A stretch of 59,657 nt of DNA, filler included, from Platydemus manokwari (GCA_037951405.1; 4 parts of 4 records of this genome joined end to end with filler, not necessarily neighbours in it), one strand, 5' to 3'. Shown: positions 1-14,399, counted from the whole stretch's first letter. Notes: generated by a model not told the origin, from the letters alone. Translations and numbers: made by a program.

Positions 1-881
1 TTTATATAGTTTATATAGGTGATTTATTTATATTATTTAAGAACATTTTGAATTTTTAATTCAAGTACTCAAGTTCATGTATAATAAAATCAATTTTTAA
101 TTATAAAATAAAATCAAATAAAATTGATGTGATTAGAATAGGAACTTAGTTTAAAAACTGTTTTATCACTATTCGTCATGAATAATTCTATAGGTTTGAC
201 TCCGTTCAACTATATTTAAATAAATAAATAAAATCAACTTAAAATTCAGCACTTACATGTGGTTACTGAGCCATTATACCTAACAACCTTTAAGCATACT
301 CAAGCAATAGGAGTGCTTACAGTCATCGTCATAAGAGTCATCAATTTAGCAAATTATATCATAATAGAATAAAAAACAATTGGGGATTAATTTTAAAAAG
401 TAAATAATTTTCTAGTTATTTGCCATAATAAATTATCCGTACTGTTATTGATTGAATTTTTAATTGTTATAAACTATATTGTATATCTAACAGTTATATT
501 CAGGTTTTGAAGTAACAATTATATTTTATTCATGTTAATTTTATTTATTACATAGATTATTTGTTTTAAATAATTTGCCACTATAATATTCCATAGACCT
601 ATTGGAATCAGATTCAAAATAAAATCAAACTAGTCTATAGACATCACTATAAACAATCGCGAAACGTAACCATATCTTCTTCAATAGAATTCATTATGTT
701 AAAAACAAATTTCTCAAAGGCTTTCTTTCCTTAAAGAAGTTTTTGGAATTTTTTCTGAGTAAAATTTCCTTCCTAATTCTCAGTATTTATACTGATTTTG
801 ATAAGGCTCATTTTATGGGAATTATTTTATTAAATCAATTTTTATCTTTTTAATAAAAATAATTTATTTTATTCATGACTA

Positions 882-955
882 TGTAGCGGGGTTTGACATT
901 GTCAAGTCAAAATGTACATAAAGCAATATTTTAGTGATCTGCATGAAAAACTTAT

Positions 956-988
<33 letters not shown>

Positions 989-1316
989 TATGTCTACCTT
1001 CTGTAGAGTAAAACAATACTCGCTAGATTCTATCTATCTGACCCCAAAAAGATAGTAGCTGAACACTAAGATACATTTCAAAACACTGCGCAAACTTTAT
1101 TCTATTCACAATAGAAATCACAATCAGGAGTTCAACCATTTTATTCAGTTCGGCAAATCACGGAACCTGTTCTCACACAATTTTGAGCTACCGGACGAGG
1201 ATCTACTCCTGGCCTATACTTAGATACAAGCGTGCGCAACCAACAGTTACGGACACGTTACTCTACTGATCGTTTTACCTATATTCGGGAACAAATTCCT
1301 CTAATATCCTACTATA
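882..1316 (-). mobile_element. Probable solo LTR
   Basis: A GC-richer block reading TATAGTAGG...AATAAA...CCCCGCTACA on the minus strand, i.e. TG..CA-type ends with the 5' G mutated. It has an internal polyA signal and an inserted (TA)n(TG)n microsatellite. Confidence 0.45.
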
Positions 1317-3889
1317 TATATATATATCTAGTGATTTATTCAAATATTCGGGAAAACTATTTTCTCAAATATTACGGTGAAATAATAATAATCAACAAAA
1401 AACAATAACCTTTCTGCTTCCTAAAAATATCTGATCACTTATGGTTCGAGTTTAATCAATAATATTCCTTTTCTGACTCCATTGATATTGGGAAATATCT
1501 GTTAATCTCTTCTTCAAATAATTTATGATATAGCTCTGCTAATATCTGTAAATGACAGCGACAATTAACTATTGATTGCCTTTATTTAGAATTTTGATCC
1601 CATCGAAATCCCCTTCTCCTAGCTATCATACATTGCTAACTACTAATTTTAATCAATAGGTTCCTATATTAGAAAGTTATTCTTATTTTTGTTTTTTAAC
1701 ACATTTAAACAAATAATAATTTCTAAATTAAATATTTAATGCTATTTATTTATTTATTATTTCAACTTAATGTTTATTTTTAACAATAACAATTTTATTT
1801 AAAAATCATTATCCTATTTTAATTACTTTTTTTTAACATTACATTTTATTTTTGGCCATTATCATTTATCATTAATTTCTCATTTTAATTACTCTCTTAA
1901 CTTGTCATTAATTTTAAATATTAAACTTTTACTATATATTTTACTACTTATCTTTTATATTTTACTACTTATTGGGCTATTTCATACATATATGTATGGC
2001 GCGATTATTTATGTGCCTTTCTTATTTTGAATATGACACGTATCTATTATTATAATGCGACAACAGTATTAATTCTTTGAATGTGATAGTAAAGTAAATT
2101 TATTAAAAAGATATTTATACAATACAATATCAATATTTGGTGTATAACTGTAATTTTTTAATAATAATAATGTATCCAGAACATTATAGTGTCATAATAT
2201 TGCATATGCACGTTCCATAAGGCTTTATTTCAGAATTATTAATACGTTCATCTTCTGTATCATTTCATTACTTTTTATTAAAAGACAGGATAAAATATTG
2301 AAATTATATATTTTCAACATATTTTGAGACTTCTAACTATAGCGACTATCAATAAATAGAATTGCGTTTAGTCTTAAAATCAAATTTACAAACTTAAGCT
2401 CAATTTTAAGGCACTTACGTGCTTTTAACTTGATTTTAATTAAAAATCCTTTATATAGTCCTCAAATTCCAGTGATATCGTCACTTATGCATGATACTGG
2501 AATCCCTAAAGAATTAGAGTGGGATAAATTAAACATAAAACAGTATCATTATTTAATAGAATCATAAATATTCATTGAACATGAATATTCTATGATCAAA
2601 ATAATATAATTTAATAATATCTGAAAATACCCATTAAAATTCCCCTTATAATTAATTTATCCATAAAATAATAATAACAAATAACAAGCTACATATTACA
2701 ACGAAACAACATTAACACATAATTTGTCACTTATTGAAACTAGTAATTTGTAGCAGTAAATAGAATATTCAGGTGAATAAATTTAATCACTGGGAATTTC
2801 TGTCTGCTATCATAAATTCAACAGCAGAGAATTTTTCTGACGTAATAAATTTTAATAAGAAAATCAATATGTTAGACAATAAATAAATAATCATAGAAAA
2901 TATCTGCGAGTGACTCGTCAATGTCTATATAAGGCATAGTCACAATTACTGCATGCACAGTAACTGATCTTACTTCTGTTAGGAGTTTATTAATACTATT
3001 CTTCTTAAATCGTTAAAAAAAGTTTTCCCTACGTTTGCGTGTATATCTTATAGTCTATTTAGTCATTGTAGTTTTTATATTTTGGTGTCTCTGTATCAAA
3101 CCAATAAACGTTTCATATAAAATCAAGGTGTTATAGATATAGTTGGAGAGTGGAGTAAAGCATAATTTCACTTCAATTGAAATTATCATGTTCATCAAAT
3201 TTTTACCTTTTGGTAAAAGTAAAATAGGCTGTAAAATTACCATTGAATTGATGTACAAATAATAATAACCAGAGGAGTGAAGGTCAAATTAGAAGATTTA
3301 TTAATAAGAGTAAATTATCGATTGATAATTAACGCATTGCCCTGTGTCGCTCATAGCGTCTTCATATGATCATTGGAAATGGTAGATGAGAACGAATAGA
3401 AAACACTAAGATTTATTACTACCCGTAAACCGTTAGCACTCTGGTAATTGATTAAGTCATGAACAACGCAAGAAGGTACTCATAATAACGATAAAAACCA
3501 TAATAAATTTACAGGATATTTTTAATTCTGCTCCAAAAAATACCTAAATATTTTTTTTAGAAAATAATAAAAAATAATAATGTGACATCAATACACAAAT
3601 ATTTAAGCTATAAGAATAAATATATTAAAACGATTTGACATTAATTATGTTGCAAATTGTTGATTGTATCTACAATTGAACTGTTCATGATCATTCGTTC
3701 AAGTCCATTTCTGTTCCCCATTTGCCACGCTCTGCTTACATTTATACTTTTGTTTGTTTTCTGAGTTGTAGATTATTAAAGTTTTTTCATACCTCCTTGT
3801 GATTTATCTTAGTAATCAATTTATCTTCTATATTCAAATATTGATTGTCATCAACAAGTTTGAGAGAGACAACAAAGAAAAAAATCCGA

Positions 3890-4730
3890 AAAAACCTAAA
3901 GATAATCGAAAAGGCTTGATAAGAGATTACCAGAAGTATCCTTAATGCGGTTTGGAGAAAGCTGTGGGCCGATGCTGTTGTCTCACGAGATTGTGAAGGG
4001 TTCGAGTTGGAAGTGGAAGATGAAGTTGACGAAATTGTTTCCCTAAGAAAGAGCATGAAGCTTGAGATGAATGACGAGGATATCGATTAGTTGATTCAGG
4101 AGCACCATGAGGAGCTTTCGACAAAGGAGCCGATGGATTTGGAGGTGATGCCACGTTTAACAGTGAAAGAGGAGTTCAGTAAGAACGAGGAGGAGGCGGT
4201 CATTATTCCGTCAATCCGAATAATAGACACTTTAGGAAAATTCCATGAAGTTTCGAAATTTGTTAAAAAGAATCACCCAGAAAAACTGTTCACTAGTCGG
4301 GCTGTTGCTTACTATAATGAAGTTTGCCTTGCATATTTTGGAAAGATTGTTAAAAGCCGACAAAACCAAAAGTCATTGGATCAGTTCTTCACAAAATACC
4401 AGGCAAAAACCACTGTTGAAGCTGTGTTGGAGAAAGCGAAAGGTAATGACAATAAAATTTTAAACAAGAGTTTAATTTAATTTAAGTTAAACGAAATATT
4501 AATTCATAATCTTTTCTCTTTATTTACATTATGTATAACTCTCATTTTTATGCTTATTGTGAAGTTATCTAATTCTAATATGTATTTATTATAGATTTTG
4601 TTGTATATTTATAATTTATAAAATAATTATGATTGAATTTTTGTTGCTTGGAACCGATTAGGACATTTACAAGGAAAAAAAAGCTCTATTTACTAAATTT
4701 TCAGGTTACGAAACGACTTCCAGAATGTAC
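3890..4730 (+). mobile_element. Tigger/pogo-family DNA transposon relic (C-terminal transposase and 3' end)
   Basis: One frame reads LKIIEKA**EITRSILNAVWRKLWADAVVSRDCEGFE..DEIVSLRKSMKLEMNDEDID*LIQEHHEELST...QKSLDQFF. This matches the TIGD1/Tigger post-DDE region and C-terminal QxxLDxFF motif, with in-frame stops. It includes ORF 4091-4480. Confidence 0.8.
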
Positions 4731-7262
4731 CGTAAAATAATAAAAATATTAAACAAGCAGGGAGTGCAAGGTACCCAGAGTCAAGTAATATAAAGTCGAC
4801 GAAAATCACAATAAACCATTACATAAAAATTTGTGTAATATTTGTACTCGTTTAGTATAAAATTTTTATTAATTTTGAATTGATTAATACTGTGAAAGTT
4901 ACCTTTGAAATAATCGGTCGCTCACCAATATTATTATCATATTCCTGCCGTTTATTGTTTCATCTTGCAGGTGATTTAGAGAGCAATCTTTTGTGAATAA
5001 CTTTATTCAAACTTTGAGTATGCATGCTAAGAGATAAAAGGTCAACTTTACCATACCAGAGGAATATAATATTTCATGCGGTTGTACTGGTGTATTGGTC
5101 AGGAGTTCTATTTGACATAATATTGAATTGCACTATGCCGTAGTTTATACTGATAAGCTGATTCCTTTAAAACTATAGATTGAGTGCAAACAAATAAGCT
5201 TTATTATTCCAAAAACTATTAACTATACATATAATGATTGATTAACTATAAATTAATACAAAGTAAATTCAATAGATATGTTACTGATTTTGATGTTAAA
5301 GATGACGTACCAAGAAGTACAAAAATATTAGCCTCAGGACTAATTGTACCAACTCTAGTCTAATTAAGAAACGGTCGACCGATGTGAGTAATTTGTTTAT
5401 GCAAGTTTGTCAGTAAATAAACAATTTTCTTATGGACAATGATTAATGTGCTTTCAAAATCATAGTCATTTCATGATTAAAATTTAAACTTAAAACACCT
5501 ACCATTTTTTTCTTTTGATTGTGGATTAATTTCTCTACTTTTCAATTTTAATTCCTTGTAATTTTATTTTAATTTTTTTCGGACTGTGACAGCCATATAT
5601 AAAGTCTTAGTCGAAATTATATATCAGATCATTATTGGCCTAATTGGACTATGTTTACATTTAATTATCACATTTTGATAATATTTAAATGTCATTTCAG
5701 GAATTTTATTCTGCTGGTATTTTGTTGTTTGATACCATTTTAATGCCACTTCCTTTACTGCATTCCACTAGCATTTCAGAAGCAATTTTTAAGATTTTCC
5801 TTTTTAAAGGAAGTTCATAAATTAATTATAAATATTATTCTTAAAATCTAACATCCATAACTAACATCCATATTATCAGCAAAAACGTCAATAAATAAAA
5901 GAACGCTTTTGTGAATCTTCTTGGCTAAACTATTTTATCAATATCAGATTTGAGCTGGATTGAAATTCGGTTAATATTACGTTATGATCGTTAGTTTTCA
6001 TTAATCCTTCAAACGATCTATATTTATTTCTGTTTCATTTCTTCGCACTGGTAACAATGGTTAGGTATCTTTTATAATATTTCATTGGTCAATGCAATTT
6101 TTATAATGGCTTCTACATTAATTTTATATATTAATTCCCACTATAACTGAGAAGTCGGAGTAAACAGTTCCGGCCCAGGCTCTGGTTCTATTTAAGTGTC
6201 TCGATTAAAATTTTGACACTATAAATTACCACAAAGCATTGTGGTAGGTGAACCGGAACAGCTTAATAGACTCTAGCTCTGTTTTATATATTTTTCATAA
6301 TTAATTATTATCAACATTTTATCCTACTTTAAAGTCTAATTTTATCTGAAATCTTTTCAATTCTTAGTCTACATAGTTTGAATTTTTCAAAAAATATACT
6401 TCTGTTTTCCATGTTTATTCCCATTACACTCAGTCGATCTGAATTATGGTTTTTAAGCTCTATTGGTTATAAAGTATTAATTTTGATAGTCTTCAAGTTT
6501 TTAAAAATAATTTTCCATTTCATCAATTTAGTGCAAAGCGAGTTATTTCACTAAACAATGAAATAACAAATTTCGTTACAAAATGCTTTGTTTTATTACT
6601 CAATTAAGTTATTAAACCTATTTGATGATTGTGAAATAGTTTTTTACATAAAAATCAACCAAACTCAGAAACTTATAAAATCAAGATTTATCAAGTTACT
6701 TTTCTAATAATTTTTAATAAATTTAATAATTGGAAATTAAAAAATCTTTTGAATGAAAGGATACTTAAGAAATTTAAACAAATTCAACAATTTATCAAAT
6801 ATTTTTAGTTCTATCGATGAAAATATTCCATTTCCGTTTGACATATTATATAAATACACACTTTAAGTAGACGCCAATATCGCCAACGACAAAATTTGAA
6901 AATGTAGTTTAATTTGCATAAGGTATTGAAGCTTACTTTTCTTAACAGACCATAAATAGCACACTTTATCTTGGATAGTAATTGTTTAAATAACTAATAA
7001 AATAATTTTTAAAGTTTAACCTTGAGATTTTTAATTCGAATAAATTTGGGTTTTCAAAATAACACGAAATAGCACTGATAAATTTTATATTTTCATTAAG
7101 AGAATTAAAATAATTAAAATATATGAAGTGTTACAATAAATAATTATTAATGACCATGCAAGTCGGAACGGCAAATATCATCAAATTTAAACATAAAATG
7201 ATAATCGAGACCATAAAATAAATGCAGGAAAGTACAATTGAGTGATAACTTTTGAATAACTG

Positions 7263-10200
7263 TTAAATTATTAGCTGATCTTTGCTCACATTACTTTCAC
7301 TGAAAATTGGCGAACCACAAGATCGTCTGTGATTTCCTAAAGCCTGAGCTGTACTGAAATCCTTCTTACAAGTTGGACAGATGTGTCTATTAAGTGGAGA
7401 AAACGAAGTATTTAGATGAAACGTTGAATACGGAGATTCAGAAAAGGAACTGATTGGAGATTGTGATGGGGTTTTCTTTATTTGTGAAACTGGACTTTTT
7501 GATACGGAATTTGAATTATTTTTCAAAGGGGTGCCATTTGGTCCACCATGTGACTTTGAATAGTGCACTCTAAGTGCCATATAAGTTGTGAAAGACCTTG
7601 TACACATTATACATATGACTTCTCCATTTTCGTTCGAATGTTCTTTTGCTGCATGATCTTCCAGTAACGATCGATCTGGAAAAGATGCATTGCAATGCAT
7701 ACAACAAGTTGCTCTGCCAGATGCTGATGACGGACTTGCACCAGATAGACTATATTGCACAGATGGACTAGAAAAGTTGGACCCACCATTATTTTCGGAA
7801 ACATTTGCACCATAAAGTTTAGGACATTGACTTTTCCTATGTTCCTGATAGCTTATTTGAGACATGAAACCCTGTTTGCAATCCTCACAAGCAAAAGGCT
7901 TATTTCTTAAATTGAAATGTGATTTTGTATGATTACTTAACGAACTTCGACAACCAAATGCTTTATGGCATTCTGTACATTCAAATTCACCATTAGCATT
8001 GGGTGGCACTTTAGACTTTTTAGCGGATTGAGTCTTATATAAAGTTGTACTTATTTGTTGTGGCGAAGAGATAGTTGAAGGTATATACTGATTGGTCGAT
8101 AAATTTAGTGCTTCTGGACTAAAGATTGGAATCAAATTCGGTAGTGAAAAACTACTTGGTGTCAATAATTTTTGTGGAGGACTTACTTGAGTTTCTTGTT
8201 TGAAAGTTTTTTCAATTACATTTCTCGATTGTTCAACATTTTCGTTACCGTTTTGAGAGGGATTATTTTCAACAACGTGAGACACAGGATGGACCTGGTG
8301 TTTATGTTTCATCAAAGCTTCTTTTGATGCATATTTTATGTCACATTCTTTACACGTGTGAATGAAATCTTGAACGACATTTGGATTTTCATTTTCAACG
8401 AGTTTTTTATTGGACCGTAGCTGTATGCGATGATAATGTTCTAAATGATGTCCGATACTTTTATATGATGCAAAATAACAACAGCACAAGTTACAATTAA
8501 ATTCATTCTAGAAATATGCAATTAAAATCAATACAACATATGAGAAAAAACTTGCAATTCGTTTTGTAACAAACGCCGGATTGTTAATGAAATCATTGAT
8601 AAGTATCGGTGAGAAATTTTCATTATCACCGAGATCTATTTCTAATTGACCTTCATATTGAGCATTAGTTTCTTCTGACTTGACAGAATCTTTTGATGAA
8701 TTCTCTTCCGCATTGTGATTAGTGACGTCAACTTTACAAATTTTTTTACAATGTGAAAGATGACTATTGGAACTGGCGAAATAGACTCCACATTTAAGAC
8801 ATTGATCACTCGCTTGGCAATTTACTCCGACAATAGGGTTCGTGATAAGACATTTCATATCTTTATGCTGTTTGAGAGTATGATTTCTGGTGAAAGCCAT
8901 TCCACATTGGTCACAAGCGAATGCTTTACCACGCCTATGTACCAGAGTATGCCTACTGTATACAGCACGACTGCTGAAAGATGCTGGACAGTGAGAACAC
9001 ATATAGTGTCTGGTGGTAAAATTATATGCTTCAGCTGCATTTGTAATCTGAATATGGAAGTCATTATTTCAATATTAATCTCTACTTATAAATAATTAGT
9101 AATGATAACTTTTTAAATTGAAATGTTTTGTAGTCAGATTGGAGGATTGATTATAAATAACAAGATAGGCTTTGTCATGAATAAAATTATATTGATTATT
9201 TTTATTGAAATTATTTAAAATTAATTAGAGGATTGATGTTGATCAATTGAACAAGATTTTAAATATCAACAATAAAACTCATGTGAGGCTTGGATTACAA
9301 CATAAAGGGATTACCACTGTAACAACCATTCAACTGTACAAAGTATTAAGACGTAATCAAAAACATTATTAATGGATTTAGAATATCAATTCTGAATTAC
9401 AAATATTCTTCGTTGTCTACGAAAAATGTATGCATCTTCCATTTTCGACACGATCTTTGCACACTGAACACAAATAGTCACCATTCAATTGTACACACCC
9501 ATCATCATCTCAGTAAAGCATTTGTTCAATTACTACCAAAACCATCATTATGTAATCACCATCGATTTTTCGTTTACTTAACGTCAGATTAGTCATTGGA
9601 CTATAATATGTTTTAATTAACCATATCGATTTATCGATGAATTTTCAAATGTCGAATTTTTCACAAAAAAACAATAAAAATAGCACACACACAAACAGAC
9701 ACACTTACATCTTGTTTCGTTTCCGTTTTCAATTGGATTTTCGATAAGGAAATCTTTGTATCTTCCGGGTCAAGACTTTTAATTTTCCAAATTGTTTCAC
9801 AATCCTGATTGTTGTTATTGACATTGGCAGGACTGGAAGATTGACTGAGGCCGATCACGTGTGAATTGTTTTCACTTTCAGATTCCATGGTTACCTGGTG
9901 ACTTATGGGTTCCGAGCTCGGACTGATGTTATTCCTCACTTCATCGGAATTGGGTGATACTTGTGAAGGAGGTACATAGTTTCCATTTATATTGTTGGGC
10001 AATATTTGACAATATTTTCCTACTAATTGAGGTAGTTCTGGGAAATAAAATTGCTAATTATTGACCCATAAACATTATTACTAACCATTTCCAGATTCTT
10101 TGATTGCATTATTTCTTATCATAAAATCATAAGATAACATCTCTTGCTTTTGAATTGGTTCAATATGTGACTTGAATTTGTGCACTTTGGCTTGTTTCAA

Positions 10201-10815
10201 TGTAGGAAATTCTCTACCACAAACATCACAACTCCATCGACCATCACCCGTGACAACAATACCTTCAACACCATTTGGATGGCTTGAGCGTTTTCGTTTT
10301 CTGATTGCATGATCTTTCAATTGATGTTGTCTAAGATTATCCTCACCATCAAAATGCCGATTGCATCTAACACAAAATTTGATCTGATCCAATTTCGTCC
10401 CATCAATTGGAACAACATTTAAGTCCATATCATAAACCGTCAATTTATCCGACAAAACAATGTTATTTGTCGAATGGTGTCTATCTATGGATATCTGTGG
10501 AAGTTCGGGTTCAATCCTTTCCGTGGTCGATTGAATTTCAGGTTTTAAACCAATTATAATGTTCTGATTTAGAAAATCATTGCTTTCCGGTTCTTCGGCA
10601 GTGTGTTCTTCAGCAACATGAATTTCCACTTTATCAATCGAATCGAATAATTTACAACAAAACACGCAATAAATATCCGAATCTTTCAACCCATCATCAA
10701 CTTCATCGGATTTTCGTTGCTTTTCTTCAAATAGATGCATTTCCGATTTCAAATGCATCTCATATTCGATGTCAGTCGAAAAATTCAATGAGCAATATTC
10801 ACAGTAAAAATTCAT
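7263..10815 (-). CDS. Multi-zinc-finger protein (~931 aa, about 14 C2H2/C2HC fingers), probable transcription factor; exons 10815-10086, 10037-9709, 9047-8556, 8507-7263
   Basis: Four ORF-track fragments join in frame. Intron 10085-10038 is GTTAGT..TTCCCAG (48 nt, phase 1), intron 9708-9048 is GTAAGT..ATTCAG (phase 0), and intron 8555-8508 is GCAAGT..TTCTAG (48 nt, phase 0). Repeated CxxC-x12-HxxxH/C motifs include CDVCGREFPTLKQAKVHKFKSH and CTECHKAFGCRSSLSNHTKSH. There is an NLS-like RKRKR and S/P/N-rich linkers. An in-frame acceptor at 10834-10835 lies 18 nt upstream of the ATG. Confidence 0.92.
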
Positions 10816-12119
10816 CTCTGATTGGTGTTCTTTCTAAAAGATACGAAAATAAATTAAAATACCGAAATAAAAAATGATATCCAAAATATGTCGCTACACA
10901 AGCTAGTGTTTTTCATAGATAAGTTTAACCATTGTCCATTAAGCCTGTTTAATTCAATACGAATGAATTTGGTGTGTGGACTAGATAATCATGAGATAGC
11001 AAACTTTAACCACTAACTTAGTGGCTTTAACCAACCCTTTGCGTTAAATGACCTTATTATTGACATAGATGTGCGTGGTAATCAGCACTTATTTCAATGA
11101 TGGTATTACATTGGATTTAAGAAATAGAACTAACTAATTAAACGATACTTCTTGTCCGGCGCTTCAATGAAACCAGTGTAAATGGATAAAGATGTCTACA
11201 ATTTGCACGACTACTAAATAATGGTTGATTGAAGTTAATATCGATTTATAAACACGACCTGGTGTAAGGATTACATCACAGAATACTAACAACGTTGAAT
11301 GTTAAATAATGGATCTACTAGTTCAAAGATTCTACGGCTTCGTATGTAATTAATATTATGTAACAGATGCACCCAGATCATCGAGACTTCTCAAATAATA
11401 CTTTTGAATTAAATTTAAATTTGAACCTAAAACATCAATTTTTCAAATCAAAACCATTTCATGACTTTTGCCAAAAAGGTCCAATCACAAAAAATTTTGT
11501 TTTTTCCCGCCACTAAAGAATTGATACAGATCAGTTCTCTTTTCTCGAAGAAAAATCAGAAACTGTGGAATGTAGACCTGATGACGAAGTACCAAATTGC
11601 AATTAATAAATTTGAATAATGATTCACCCCTTTCATTACGTAACTCCCTTTTTTGAACATTACGGATTAGATTTGATAAATATCACCATATCTATTGGTG
11701 TGCATTTTGTAAATATGTAGAAATGTATGCGTGTACCATACCATGGTGAACGTTACATGCCGAATATGAGAATAGTATCGATCATTGTTTAACTCAAAAA
11801 CATATACATTAATATATTACAATGAAATTTTGTAGAAAAATCTTACTATATTGTGGAAAATAAATAATCCATTGGTAAAATCTTAAAGGGTTTGGAAGAA
11901 TAATTTAGCAACTACAGATAATATTTGATCTGAGTTACTAAACATTCTCTTGACCCTTTCTATCTGCAATGTGTGCAGTAAGGCATTTTTGCTGATCGGC
12001 TTTTTCTTGAATGAGGCATTCTCGTATCGTTAATGCAGACATATCAGTGTGTCTGTCTAATTACTAGCGTGTCTGTGTGTTCAACTGAGATAGCGCACCA
12101 TTATTGTTCCTATCTCAGG

Positions 12120-12255
12120 CATGTACACGCCACCTCATATCGACCCTTTATCAGCGAATTACAATTTAGGCTCATGTGATATGATGTAGCCATGTATGTA
12201 CGCGCTACCTCTTATCGACCCTTCGTTAGCGAATGACAATCAGTCTCATGTGATA
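12120..12255. repeat. Two-copy imperfect direct repeat (~60-75 bp) within a GC-richer, probably TE-derived block
   Basis: atgtacacgccacctcatatcgaccctttatcagcgaattacaat..ctcatgtgata versus atgtacgcgctacctcttatcgacccttcgttagcgaatgacaat..ctcatgtgata. Confidence 0.75.
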
Positions 12256-14399
12256 CAACCATTACCAAGTGGTAATCAGTGACCTACAACTAAGTCAGTT
12301 ATGTAGTTTCTCATACCCTCTCACCGTGTAATTCAAAAATCGATTAATAGTTATACCAGGCCACAGATTGAATACATTTTACTAATTACTCTCTTATGGA
12401 ACAATAAGCCTTTGAGATGAGTTTCGATTTATGCTTTCATTATAATTAATAAATCCAATATCTCGTTTCTATAATCATTTGCACGTTCAAACATCAGAAC
12501 TTCGTTGTATTTTTTGGTTTTAGAAAAATTCCATGATAAATAAATATTTAATTAAATTAATTAAATCTCAAATCAATGAAACCTAATGATGTTTATCAAT
12601 GTTTTTTTCATTAATGAAGCCTTAATTAGACATGTTTCCGAAACTATTTTAAATCCCACAAATCCGATTTGAAGATCATTTGATGGATAAAGATAAGATA
12701 TGTATGAAAAAAAGAATTTTTAATTATGATAATTATTATAAATATAGAATTGGAAAAAATCTTTTAAATTATCATTTATTTAGAAGATATAACATTGATA
12801 CCAAAGGATAGCATTACAATAGAGATTGGTTTGTAAATCTATTTGGTTGGTAAATTAATTTAAGATTTGAAGTCATCTAATTTCTTTAAATAAAATAAAA
12901 TTTTAAATAATTGGCTTTAACAGAAATAAAATAATATAATGACACAATGATAATATTTTAATAAAATTATTAATGGAGTTGTTTCGAATTTAAAAAATTA
13001 AAAATACATACAACGACAATGGTGATTATATCAAAACATTGAATCGAAAGAAAAACACAAATTGAATTATTGAAAAAAATTAAATTAATTAATTAAAGTG
13101 AATATCCAAAAGTCTAAATAACAGTTTGAATACCACTCTTTCATAGAGGAATCTAAAACGCCAAATACTTATATGTTTCTTATTTTTATTTATGAACAAC
13201 TTAATTCTTCGAAATTTCCAAAAAAAATGACAAATATATTTTTCTGTAATGATATACTATGGAAAATTAATTTTAATTTCACATTCAAAGGTTTTCTGAA
13301 CCTCGGTGCAGTACAATTTGTCCGATATATGTTAATTTAAAAGTCATTTATAATATATAGTGATATTTAAATATTAGTCATGTGCAGGTCTGATGGATTA
13401 TTTATCAGTAGATACCGCTTATTGCTTAAGCCCTTTTAATTGATATTTATTTTAGTTAGCTAAAGAAAATTGATATTATTTTTTTGTCTATAAGAAGAGC
13501 ACGAATGATATTATATTTATAAACAATGACCGCAGAAATTAAACTAATGGATTTATCGTTGAAATTGATTTAATAGTTTGACTTTTAGTAGTGTTTAGGT
13601 CAATTTTTAATGTATGACATTAAGATAATTTTACAAACAAGAGAGACAATCAGTAAATTAATAAATGGAAAATTTCGTTCTCACTGTTAATTCAATATTC
13701 CACGACTGACAACAGGAGAAAGAATATACAATGTGAGTGTCTTAATAATTTTTCTATAATCACTTTAAAATATTAGAAATAAAGAAGCTTATGCAAGTCC
13801 CCAGGTGCTGGAATTTTATGTCTATAATTCATCTGGTATTCTGTTAGTTGATAAATATCGTGATTTAGTAGAATTATTTATCTTAATCTTGCAATAAATA
13901 TATCGGTTTGAATTTTGAATTCTAATGTCTGCACACTGTTATGGTGCACAAAACCTGCGGGTTGCAACATGTGTTGATAGAATAAGTTTATGAATTTCTT
14001 GCTCCGAGATTTCGTAATAAGTTTTTACGAACAAAATCCAAGAACCGATTAAACGTAGAATAAGGTTCAAATCCTCTATTTTTAAAAATACGATTCTCCA
14101 TTAAAATTTGTGCGTGGTCAAAGAATTGATTTGATTCTTTGAATACAGTATAAACACCATTATAGTAAGTTTGTGATTTTTTCTGAAGTTCTATATTTAA
14201 ATTGATTATTAGAAATTCTATATAAAATATTTATATATGTGGTAGAGAATTTATAAATATTCATTCCGAAGATATTTTTGATATTAAACAAAATCTAGAA
14301 TTCTTACAGTAAACAACGGAAATTACAATAATCAATTTATTGATTGATTTTCAGTTTATTTTCAAAAATAAAAATAAAATCTAAATTATTTAGGATTTA

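Noticed and set aside
3787-4463. ORFs 3787-4056, 3942-4154 and 4245-4463
   Set aside because: They are antisense or alternative frames of the Tigger transposase relic.
6160-6290. Small hairpin-containing GC-richer segment as a possible ncRNA
   Set aside because: No recognisable tRNA, snRNA or SL RNA features; more likely a MITE fragment, and its ends could not be defined.
8508-8510. Stop-codon readthrough or an alternative genetic code joining the two in-frame zinc-finger ORFs
   Set aside because: The TAG sits in a typical acceptor context after a T-rich 48-nt segment, and other genes here terminate normally at TAG/TAA. Splicing is the simpler explanation.
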